Source: Octopus bimaculoides
Lineage: Eukaryota
Direction: 5' to 3'
Length of the DNA: 63,483 nt
Assembly (NCBI RefSeq): GCF_001194135.2
Contig: NC_068995.1
Coordinates: 17,794,475 to 17,857,957, forward strand
Shown here: piece by piece, positions 52,343-63,483 of the stretch
Numbering within the stretch: position 1 is the stretch's first letter
How the letters are laid out: each line of letters starts with the position of its first letter
Program-made: the position numbers and the translations under genes
Notes under the pieces: generated by a model
The model's input: the letters and a program-made list of their open reading frames with translations, nothing else
Databases searched by the model: none
What the model was told of the DNA's origin: nothing

Positions 52343-55313
52343 CATAAATATATGCAATGTGTTGATATATTCGCACACACGCATCGATATCAATATATAA
52401 TTTACATATTTTATTATTTGCATGTGAAAATCCTAACCATTAACATTAGGAACAGTATTGTTCAAAACTGAACATAAAAACTGATAACTCAATACGAAAA
52501 ACTATGTTGTTCATGCGGTATCGAATACAGTCGTGTCATGTATGTATGTATATATATATATATATTTATATATAGATATATATAGAAACATACACAGAAA
52601 CAAACACACACATGTTTGTATACGCGCATACAAATTTCGTCCACAAGTATGTGTCTACATGTATTTATATCCACGAAGATTTAACAATGAAGTTATAACA
52701 ATTCACATTGATAAGATTTGTTTGGCAATCTGTCATCCAAAAGTCTTTTGAAATGTCGATCGAAATCCATTGTCTTTCAATCCCTTGCCCGCTTCTCCTC
52801 AGATATATTGATCTAAATATTATTTGACACGTGTCATCTGAATTCCAGGTTTAATCTACAACGCATATAACCTTCCTGATCTACGCGCATCTTCTATATT
52901 CATGCTATGTACAAATTTCTATTTTCCTTTCTGTTTAGAAGAGAATAAAATCAAAATTGACCTTATGAAGATGATGATGATATTCCAAGCATATAAAAGA
53001 GAAGAAGGAACTGCAAGCAGGGAAAATTACATTATTATTTTATTTTTGTTCAAGTCAAGAGATTATTCTTTTAAATGTTTATTATTCTGTAATTTCTTAT
53101 TTAGTTCATATCAATCTTTGCAAAGGAGTGGGGTTTTTTAACCGACTCTGCTTGCACAATCTCTGCTCTTCTGTTGGCGCCATATATCTAACTCAAATAT
53201 TGTTGGAATTGTAGAAAACAATGGAAAAATACTTGAGTAATTTCGTAAATGTCATCTTCACTGCCCCATCAACACATCCACTGTCCTAACAAAGATAGAA
53301 CATGTAATTACCAATATAAATTAATGTGAAATAATCCCAGAAAACGTTTTCTTTTCTTACGTATTAATTCGTTGGAATGGAACTTTCTCTATTAATTCTA
53401 CGAATAACTTTTCAACCAGCATGTATTCATAATTGAATTACTTCAAGACGCTAATAAAACTATATAGACAAATACACACAAATAGTGCAATACCGTCACA
53501 TACAAATATATGTGCATGCATTCAAAAGTTGTACGATTTTTTTATATGTGTGTGTGTGAGTGTGTGTGTGTGTGCGTCCGAGTGTGTATGTATGCGTACG
53601 CGTGTGTATATACTGCATAACTATGTATACACTTGCATGTATATATGTATATGTATCTGTATCCATCTGAATATTTATATAAATGTTTATGGGCATGTAG
53701 TAATTGAATATAAAATATGCAACAAAACATATCCTTATACAACTCGGTGCAAAGAAGTATAATGTAATTATTTCCGACACCCATAGAAGATGATACAGAG
53801 AGAACGGTATAAATACAATCCTGTATCATTGATTGAGATTCACCATTAATTCAAAGGTTGTCAGTTGAAGACAATCCAATCGCTTCTATTTATACGGTTA
53901 TTGGTCCCCTTTCATTGCGTAAAATTACTTTATGTTAGGAGAAGTGACATAGGAATATGTTACTTTCACAGCTTCATATTAATTTGCAGTGCCTGTGACG
54001 TAAAGACAGTTCGGTCTTCACCAAAAATGAAGCAAAAATCTTGTATTGCTTTTGCCTCCATTCAATTATCCATCTTTTCTACCAACTATTTCTGTGCGTG
54101 TCTTGTGGTTAGATTCCTCAGACACCTCCTACATATATCCTGTAAGAATTAACCAGCATTAAACTTTTCGGTGAGTCCTACTGGGACAATAGGATATTAT
54201 TCAAGCATCTTGCTCTTCGTATACCATAAGATATCCGTCAGGCTGGAGCAGCTGGAAGAATAATGCTTGCAATATTTTTTTAGCAATAAGTCCTTTGTAT
54301 CGGACATGTGACCTCTCAATGACTTCACCTAGAGAGCCTTCCTCGACCCTGATCTACGCAAGCTTTAGAGTAATGTTAATGAAGTGATAGTCCGAAGGAA
54401 AACTCTTTCAGACGTTTGAATCCGCGACCAGATTATTTTCAACATCACCCAACATTCATGACTATAGACTGGGATATAGACGAAAAACAAACTGAAGTGT
54501 TCTGAGTTTGCGTTCGAAAGCTGAAGCTGGTACATCACTGTGCCAACATCAGAAATTCTAACAGTCGGTTGTTTCCTCTGCTTTCTAGCACTCACGTATA
54601 CAAACTCGTGAGATATTTTTTTTGATCTCCAAAATTCTGTCGCAATAAAGTCTTCTGGCGAACACGAGACGCATTTGCGTGTGAAGAATAACCTCTAGAC
54701 AGACAGATATTTGTACTGCTTTTGGCTCTACAATTTAGAATGGATATGTAACTATATTTTATCGTGATCCTTTATTAGCCAAGTCAACACTCATTTGGCA
54801 TGTACTTAAACAAATCATACCGTCTACCAATATACAGTTTACTTATTATTTCATCTTATATATTGTACCAATCTAATTACAACTTGATAGGGCTTGATTG
54901 GGTTTGAAATGCCATTAAGATGCCATTAGTGAAAGATCATTGAAACAGAATGTACGAAAATGTATATGTGTAGTAAAATCTATTCAACCAGTAATTCCCA
55001 TCATAGTTGCTCTTACTAAGATAGGGGACAATCATTCATCCTCATGTCAGCAACATTCTAAGAGGCCGGAAATAATATGTAATTGAAGTCACGAAATGAC
55101 ACCCGTCGAGGAAATAAGGTTAAAAAATATGCCGCCTTTCACTAAAGATTTACTCAATCAACAGAGGACAGTAGCCAATAGAGTTTTAGGTAATTATTTT
55201 ATATTACAATATTATTGCGTAGATTAATTTTCCAAATATTGTCTAACAATAATGAAAATACTGTTTGAATTATGGGTAAATTTAGTATCTCGTGTCGATA
55301 TTTCTAGAAACAT

Positions 55314-55530
55314 AAGGCGGTGAACTGACAGAAACGTTAGCATGCAAAGTAAAATGCTTAGTAGCATTTCGCACGCGTTTAGATTCTGGGTTCAAATTTC
55401 GCCCAGGTCGACTTTACCTTTCATCTTTTGGGAAGTCGATAAAATAAGTACCAGTTGAATACTGGGGTCATTATACATGACGTATAACCTCTACCCGAAC
55501 CTACTGGTTGTGCGCCAAAATTTAAAACTA
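55314..55530 (+). mobile_element. tRNA-derived SINE family 3
   Basis: AAGGCGGTGAACTGACAGAAACGTTAG head, B-box-like GGGTTCAAATT, core GGTCGACTTTACCTTTCATC...GTCGATAAAATAAGTACCAGTT. Confidence 0.75.
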
Positions 55531-58500
55531 ATATATCTAAAAACACAGAATTTGGAAATCATCGTGTATTGGTAAATATTTCAAAACGATCAAAACTATT
55601 TATTTCACTTATATGTGAAAGATTGACAAACTGGCATACTCTACTACGGTTTACTGCGTACTAATACCTCTATTATTAGAAATGCAAGCCCCAACTCTAA
55701 ACAATCTGAGCAAACATAACATCAGAACTTTAGAAAATACCGTTAGTGGAAGTGAGCCGTTGAAGTCTTCAGTGTGTACTTCACACACTCTCTCTCACAC
55801 ACTCAGAAACACACACATGATCGTACAGATATAATCATATGTATGCTCAAGAAATTGTTTTGTGTGTCTATAGTCGAATATTTGAGCGTGTATTCACCAC
55901 TGGAACATTACCCTGTTCAGCTGATGCCTTTTATAATTCTGAATAAATATATGGTAAACATTTTTAAACAAAAGAATTTTGTTTGCAAGAACATTAAGAA
56001 CTTTACATAATGTAAAATTAATTATATCATAAATATGTATTCAAGAATATAAAACGTATGAAAAGTTTTGGTGGAAATATAAATTACGCAAATGGTAATC
56101 GACAAGTTGTGTGTTATTAATCGTATACCTATTTCTCTTGACGCATATGTTTTAAATATAATAAAATTTCGCAGATATGTTTTCAAGTTTTAAATGAGAT
56201 TAAGTTATACTTGGAAGGCTAACGATAAGTGATATTTTAATAATATGATATTATGTAACACGCACCCACTCACACGGTTGTAAATAGCTGTGTATGTCAC
56301 TTTTCTCCTTTCATTCCTTCCTTCCCTCAGTTGGTGAGTTCAAAATACCTCCGCTTTTTTTAATGTCTTTGCAGATTATTGAAAAGTTTGATGCTATCTA
56401 CTTTCGTCTTCCTCCTCATTCCTTCCAAATTTTCTTTCCCTTCGTTTCTTTCGTTTACATCTTACAGTATTTTGCCTTTCATTGTCTCTATACTAAGATA
56501 ATACTTTTAAAAGTTCCTTTTCATTTCGTTTATTTTTTTCGTTTTAATTTATTTTTTATATCACTTTTTTATCTATTGTTCGAAACAATTTTAACATGTC
56601 TTGCTCACACTCTCTTCCTTTCAGAGATTTGCAACCTCTGTCTTCCAATCCCTTGGCTGTTTTATTGCTTCTTCTATTGTTTATCGTTCACTTTTTCTAA
56701 AATAATTATATACAATCTAAGCTTGAGAACAAGTATTATGAATTTCAGTTTAAACTATATTCACCAACAAATGGAAACTTATTTTCATTAGTTAGTGATT
56801 TGCTATAATTTGCAAATAAGTAAAATAACTGTAATTTTAAAATTCAAAACTTGCAATATAAATAATATCTGGATTGCTAAAAATAAAAAAGTCATCTCTG
56901 ATTTCTTTTAGATATGAGATCATGTAGTTCTCGGTGCCTCCTCCTCAACTTTTAAATGTAAGCATACTTATATTTTCGATGGTTGCGAATGAGTATTAGA
57001 GCAGAGTCCCCGCCGCTTTGTTTGTAACAGTCGGTAGCACATCAGTCATCCTCGCAGTAGTTCCGCGTTTGCATTCTTCGTTTAATTTTTGAGCATTATT
57101 TTGTTTTAAAGTATACGGTTTTGTCAACACAGTAAATTACATGCTATTTTTAGTAACTTTAATTTCTTCCAACCGGTACACAATGATATAATGATATATA
57201 ATTTTCGATGCATCTTCATTTGTATTAAAAATTTACTCATAGTTTTCAGGTTGTGACATTAAAATATCGAAGTAGATGGAAGACCAAACAAAGGATACAT
57301 TGCTTTTGTTAGTAGCACAAATCTCATGGTTGCAAAGGATGCTAGGGAGGAACAAGTCACACAAGTACATTTCATCTTTACTCTATCCAAGCTGGTATAG
57401 ACCCAAAGTATTCACACTATTATTTATTGCTTAATTCATTTCCACATGCTCACTTAAATGACTTATCTGGTGGGCTCTCTCAGTCTCCGCGTACAAAATT
57501 CATTCTATAAGCATTGATGAACCCAGGACCATACCAGAAGTCACACGCGTAATAAGATATGTAACGTAATGGAACTGGAAATAACGTGAGTGTAAAAGCG
57601 AGCTTCCTAAACTGACAGCCATATATANNNNNNNNNNNNNNNNNNNNNNNNNNNNNNNNNNNNNNNNNNNNNNNNNNNNNNNNATATCAATTATTGGACA
57701 TTTTTCAATAATACAAACATACAAATTTGAATAAAAACTAAGAAATACTCAGTTTTTTTAAGGAATAGCAAAAGAAGCTGACGTGGATTCTCCAAACCCT
57801 ATCTATCAGATGCACAGTGAAGTTTTGTAAGACATTCCAAAACTTCCCCATCTGAGATCCCTATGTGAATAGATGCACACACGTGAGTGTATGCATCACT
57901 AGTTCAGCCAACATACGAACTCAATAAAATAGTGATTATACCCAAGAAGTATACTCGGTATATTATATTCTTTCGCATGCTTCAAAATATTCATTGTTTG
58001 TTTGCTCGATAACCGCCATTAATTCATTAATTATAACTTATATTTTATCTCTATATCCTACTGTGATATTTTTTGGTGGATGAACCATTATTTATAGTCT
58101 CATTTGCATTTGATAATCTTGGTAAGAGAAATATTTTCTCTTAATACAACAATGAAGAACGATAGCAGTAACAGCAATAAAACAACAACAACAAAATGCC
58201 TATCAACAGTAGTAGTTTTAAGAGTATTTAGAAGACCAGCTGCAGGCACTTAAACAAAATCCGTTGTATTAGAAAAGGTTTAGAGATGTGGACAGCAAAT
58301 GAATGCTTTCCCCAAAGAGCATCATCATGCCAACAGGCACGTATTCACAAGCATGAAGTAGCTTTTTCACTCATCTTTTTCAAATTTTTCTCTGTCGAAA
58401 TTTATCTTAAGATACAATTAATGGAAGAAGAAAACGGGATTGGGTAGATAATGGTAGTCAGAAGAAAGAAGAATTTAAATAAAAAAGAAAAAGTAAGTTA

Positions 58501-59586
58501 CATAGGACGTCAGAACGCCCGTAGCCTGGGTGTTCATTTCACAGACACTAAAGAAACACGAATGGTATGAACAACGATACAATTAAACCGCAAAGTCACA
58601 ACAGTAGAAACACTAACTTGTTGAAGAAATGGAGTAGATCAAAATAAAGCGAAAACAGAAAAAAAAATGAAAGAAAACAGCAGTAAAAATACTCATCGAC
58701 ACACTCCATCAATTAATTTTTCTCTGAAAGTTAAATAATTATTTGTGGAAGAATGCAAAACTAATTAGGAGTACATCAACATCTGTAAAAGGCGGTAGAT
58801 GGGAGAATACTGGTGAGGAATTAGTAAGCAATTTCAAGGAGATGCTCTTGTAGGGGAGCAGTGACTTTAATGCTTCCAGGGACATTCGTGAGAAATGGTC
58901 AACAGTCCGCTGCTGCCAAGAGCCTGCCAATTTCATCAATGCGTACAATTCGTAGTTCAATTCGTAGGTGCCTATTACTGGCAGGCAAGCTTACAGCCAC
59001 TAAATTCCCACTCTAGCAAGTTTTTTTGTAGAGGTATAATTTCAACTTCAAATATGACAAACAATATAAACAAGACGTAAATTGAGATATTAAGAACATT
59101 GGACTATGATTGACAATATTAGCAGAGAATATACTTAAAACGTATATAACTTGGAGAAAATGAAATGAAAACATATTTACTAATATTTAAAGCCGATTAA
59201 TTCCCGTGTGTCTTTCTCTGTGTATGTGCTTTTGTGTGTGAATAGATACGCGTGTGAGTGCGTATGTGTGTGTATATATATAAAAATATAGAAGACGTAT
59301 ATATGTGTATATACATTCATACTTACCCACATACATGTGTGTTTATTTGTGTGTGTGTGTGTGTGCGTGTGAGTGCAGATATAAACAGACTAAGCACTAA
59401 TATCGGAGATGAAGGTGTCAACATGGTATTCGATCTGAGAATGTGTACTGTTAACTACTTATTTATATCTCGCTTCAAACCCATTTTTTATGTCAGCCAT
59501 GATTCCATCACACCATGGAAAACGGTAAATATTTTAGTGATGGATATATTTTTTTGAGAATATATGAGCCTCTCAGATCACATATG

Positions 59587-60000
59587 TTTTAGAAGTTTGG
59601 AAAAGTGAGGCAATGCACAGCGGGAATCCAAGCAAAAAACTCGAAAAACAGCCTAATATATCAACAGCCGCGCACATGCTGCCGACGTATCTCAAGTGGA
59701 AACAGAAATATTTATTGCAAAAATAAAATTCCAGAAACGGTCGAAGAAACGTCTCAAATTCTCAATGGCTGTTTAGATAATCTGATGGAAGCATGTCAAG
59801 GGGTCGTACCCAATCATGAAATGCTATAAAAACGTTTGTGAAAGAAAATGAACAAACTGACAGCATATCCAGCGTATACTGACAAGCAAGAAGACCTGAT
59901 AATTCTTGATATTTTCCACTCGTATGCATCTGAAAGAAACTCTTCCTCCCGACAGTAGTGATGCAACAATAGTATTTTGGAAGTCAAAGTAATGCAATAT
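59587..60000 (+). pseudogene. Decayed FLYWCH/MULE-like transposase N-terminal fragment
   Basis: Manual translation with frameshifts: F*KFGKVRQCTAGIQ / NSRAHAADVSQVE..IAKIK / ETVEETSQILNGCLDNL.EACQGVVPNHEML / DLIILD / PDSSDATI. This resembles FLYWCH-MULE transposases from memory only. Confidence 0.45.
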
Positions 60001-60328
60001 TACTAAAATAACCCAGAAATTTGTAGATAAATCGCTCAATAGACCTGATTTCTTCCCTAAACTACTGCCATTATTTTTAATTTGAAGAAGATATTCACCT
60101 GAATCTCTATTATTTTCATCCAATAGATTATGGAAAATATTGCAGCAGTAATTTTGAGATTAAAAAGAAAAATGTAACGTTTCCTAGAATAAAACCCCAA
60201 ACAATGAAATTATAATATACTTTCTTCATCTACCTCTAAACTTATAGAGAATACAGAAAAGTTGTGTGCCTTTTAGGTACTAAAATATGGAAAAAAACTT
60301 TCTGTAAGAAGTAAAAATATATAGTACA

Positions 60329-60497
60329 TACATTATTTATATTATTTACGTTTGATGAATATTTGTCCTCATCTTGTTTGTTGTTAGCACAACGTTTCGG
60401 TTGGTATACCGTCCTGCCTTCATCAAGTGTTTTGGGGGAAATTTCGAACTTGGGTTCTCATTTCTAAGGTATTTTTGCGATGTTATTATTATTATTA
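60329..60497 (-). mobile_element. Penelope-type terminal segment: (AAT)n, hammerhead-like motif, AT-rich tail
   Basis: Minus strand: (AAT)n ACATCGC...AACAC TTGATGA A GGCAGG..CCAACC GAAAC GTT GTGCT ... GTAAATAATATAAATAATGTA. Confidence 0.55.
60386..60431 (-). ncRNA. Degenerate minimal type I hammerhead ribozyme motif
   Basis: Stem I AACAC/GTGCT (4/5 paired), core TTGATGA (C3>U) plus an extra A, stem II GGCAGG/CCAACC (4/6 paired), GAAAC, ACGT palindrome, GUU triplet. Confidence 0.55.
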
Positions 60498-61158
60498 TTT
60501 TTTTTCTTCTTTCTTCAAATTTTCTTCCATTTCTCGCCGAGTGTTTTCCGTACACCTAGGGCAGAGAAGTTCATTGTATGCATTCCCAGTTTACGCACGC
60601 AAATTCACAGGTAAAACATGCATGTACAAAGTTGCTTAAATAAATAAATTCATGAATGAATGTTGTTTTCACAGCGATAATGCTCTTCTTAGTACACAAG
60701 TCGTTTGCACTTTTTGCAGGGACGGTAGGCCTGGTATCATTTTCAAATATGTTTCAGTAACTTTTTTTATCATTGACAGCGGCTGGACGTGTTCCTCGCG
60801 TCTCTGATAATTCAGTAGCCGAAAGCCATAGAAACACTAATATGACCCAGTGTGACAACGGGGAAAAATAACTCTCAAAGACTGGAACATCTACAATATC
60901 CTGTGAGTATTTAAAATTCCCTTCAAAATAAGTTAAGAAATTTACAAATTTACATATCTAAAGTTTTCAAACACACCAACTTTAATGTCCATAACTGTTA
61001 TGAATACTCATCTTTTCCTCTGTCCCTGAGTATTCGAAATATTATAGTTTTCTGCGTGGACATACAAAAGACCATCTTTAGTGAATCTACCTGAGATATA
61101 CAAACATAACTTTTATTGCAATATCAGAAATGCACGTGAAAAAATAAATGATAATAAT

Positions 61159-61630
61159 AATTAATTCGTTTTATTGGCCACAAGGGCTAATATCAATTAA
61201 AAACATGTATGGACAAAGACAGGACGAAGGTTACAAAAGGTTTTGTCTAAACAGAGGAAGAAAACGGAGAAATATATAACAAATAAATAGATAAATAAAT
61301 AAATGAATAAATAAATAAATGAATAAATAAATAGAACTCCCAAAGGGGGAGGCGCTTCGAAAAAGGAAAGGTTACACGTGGAAAAACCCATAAAACCACG
61401 GGAGCCTGGTCAGAAAAAATAAGAAAGGGGTATAGAGCCCTTTCTCCTTTTACATTACCTTTTTTTCTACAGGTGTATTCTCAGAATTGGTCCGTTTATA
61501 TTGGCCATTCTTCCAACAGTCACCCGTCTTTCTCTTAGATTCTCTCTGGTCGAACACAAATTCTCTATTCACAAATAATACAGAACAGAGTAAGTCTGCC
61601 CTTCCTTAATTTTTCTTAAGGTCAAGGTCA
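61159..61630 (-). mobile_element. Tx1/L1-like non-LTR retrotransposon 3' fragment
   Basis: Minus strand ends a decayed ORF ...RERRVTVGRMANINGPILRIHL* (stop at 61467-61469), then a 3' UTR ending GGCCAATAAAACGAATTAATT + (ATT)n. The clade call is from memory. Confidence 0.55.
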
Positions 61631-61736
61631 CTGTTGCTGTTTTTTCGCTGCTAATAGTAGTAGATATTTGAACTCATTTTGACCGATCGGATCCCATCCA
61701 CCCACCAAAAAAAAAACAAATACCTGAGCCGCATCT

Positions 61737-61749
61737 ACTACTACTACTG

Positions 61750-61781
<32 letters not shown>

Positions 61782-61786
61782 ACAAA

Positions 61787-61817
<31 letters not shown>

Positions 61818-61997
61818 GCCCCTGCACCACCACTGCTGCTGCCACTACTACCACTGCTACTACTACTGCTACTGCTGCTGCTACAACTATTGCTACTACT
61901 GGTGCCGCTGCCACTACTACTAATATTACTACTGCCGCTGCTGCTGCTAATAATGGCATTGCTGCTGCAACTACAACTACTTGGTGGTGGTGCTGCT
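61737..61997. repeat. Compound (CTA)n/(CTG)n trinucleotide microsatellite
   Basis: Seen directly. It explains the poly-Y/C/T/A ORF. Confidence 0.95.
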
Positions 61998-62129
61998 TAT
62001 GATGATAAATGCGGCCCCTGTATGAAGATTAGTGGTTAAAGAAAATAATATATAAAAAAAAATATTTAAAAAAGTGAAAATTTAATAATAATTAATAAAA
62101 AGAAAAGAAAATTTCAAACCGTACACCTA

Positions 62130-62316
62130 ATCGCTTGTCCAGTGGTTATTCTGGAAGTGCGCTTGTCAGGAGGCTGTCGGCCTGACGGCGAAAAAGTTAT
62201 TGTTAGACGAACTGTCCTACCTTTTCGGACAAAACCTTTTGTAACCTTCGTCCTGTCTTCGTCCTTATATGTTTTTAATTGATATTAGCCCTTGTGGCCA
62301 ATAAAACGAATTAATT
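62130..62316 (+). mobile_element. Second 3' end of the same LINE family, inverted relative to 61159-61247
   Basis: 62228-62316 matches the reverse complement of 61159-61247 at 86/89 positions. The upstream part differs. Confidence 0.7.
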
Positions 62317-62334
62317 AGTAATATTATTATTCAA

Positions 62335-62407
62335 GTCACTGCCTGGAATCGAACTCGGAATCTTGGGGTTAGTAACCCGCGCTCTTAACCACTACGCCGT
62401 ATGACCG
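62335..62407 (-). mobile_element. tRNA-like (Pol III) head of a SINE-like element
   Basis: Minus strand CGGCGTAGTGGTTAAGAGCGCGGGTTACTAACCCCAAGATTCCGAGTTCGATTCCAGGCAGTGAC: A box, B box and a 7-nt anticodon-like loop, but broken acceptor and anticodon stems. It is followed by (AAT)n. Confidence 0.75.
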
Positions 62408-63483
62408 TAAATAATGTAAATAATGTACATAATTCCTCATCTCTTGAATATACAGCTATATTAAATAGTACATATTTCATCATTATTTTATGCGTGTCTA
62501 TTGCTGGGTAAGATGTTAGGCTTTTTAAGATGCGCCTTAGTCTATTAAAAATATATATTAGTCATGCAATTAATACACATCTATAAAACATTCCAAATTA
62601 AAAGAAGTAACACAGTTACTTATTCTGTTCTAGCATGATACAAGCTTGTGCGCCAAGATAGCTGCTACTCAATGATCTCCATCGATTAAAGAATAAAAGA
62701 ATGCAATATAGCTGACAAGTATTATTCTGTTATGTTATATGAACACGCAAAATGTCTTGCAGAACTGTGCTAAAAACTTTACGAATAATAAATATATATA
62801 TGTTGTTACGTGATTATATATGACAGAGTGCATGGCTTTCGGAAATACAAAAGATTTTCAGACCCTTACGTGATTCTTCAACACTATAAATTCATAGTTG
62901 GACTATGACATATGTATGCAGACCTTTAATACAATAATAATTATTTAAACTATACAATATACAAGATAGCTTAAGCAAAGACCATTGTCTATCGTTTGAA
63001 TAGAAATCTACAATATTGAACTAAATGATATCACAGATGGCCCACTAATCTTTAGACGATATATTAAATTGAAAAGCACGAACTTCCCTTCGGTGTAAAA
63101 GGCCAAATTAATTAATAACAGTTCATAATTATAAGTGCAAGATCATAATTTACGACGGAAAGGTTTATTTAAAAATGTACGGCGCCATATATTCTGGAAA
63201 TATATTCCGATGATAAATTTAAAACATTGTTAACTGATATCGGAATTAATTCTAGTTGTCAGTCCGATGAATATATTTTGGAGCATAACTGTAGATTCTA
63301 GATTCTTTTTATTATATTTTGTTTTTATAATATAATATGATATGCTATTTGGTAGCAGAACAATTTAAACACACACACATGCACGCACGCACTCATGCAG
63401 ACACGCACACACACACACACATACACACACACACACACGAACACACATATATATGTACATACATATATATATATATATATATA

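Noticed and set aside
54110-54595. Possible exon near a GTGAGT donor (about 54172) and a 76-aa minus ORF
   Set aside because: The candidate exon has stops in all three frames and the ORF has no recognisable motif.
56294-56791. 165-aa hydrophobic plus-strand ORF
   Set aside because: The F/L/I richness follows from a T-rich strand, which also suppresses stops. No recognisable domain.
62335-62407. Functional tRNA gene (ACT anticodon)
   Set aside because: Acceptor and anticodon stems do not pair properly, and it runs into (AAT)n. Treated as a SINE-like head.

Overview
AT-rich eukaryotic non-coding DNA, intronic or intergenic, with about 15 assembly gaps, nearly all flanked by microsatellites. 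No intact host gene, true RNA gene or CRISPR array can be supported. Most track ORFs are microsatellite or N artefacts. From memory, the tRNA-derived SINE families resemble Octopus (coleoid cephalopod) repeats; this is an inference, not a database result. The window is a retroelement and transposon graveyard. It holds about 10 SINE copies from 3 families and two 5'-truncated copies of an RLE-type (R4/Dong-like) non-LTR retrotransposon. It also has a Penelope-like element with a GIY-YIG remnant, several hammerhead-ribozyme-like terminal motifs, and two Tx1/L1-like 3' ends forming an 89-bp inverted repeat. DNA transposon remnants are a hAT-type non-autonomous element with four octamer+CCAAT modules, a Tc1/mariner (maT-like) transposase fragment and a FLYWCH/MULE-like remnant; there is also a probable LTR with E-box repeats and a TATA/Inr. 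The best leads are (1) an apparently (ACAT)n-microsatellite-specific RLE retrotransposon, with both copies embedded in ACAT repeats on both sides, and (2) pieces suggesting a composite non-autonomous element that joins a tRNA-like Pol III head to a Penelope-type hammerhead ribozyme.
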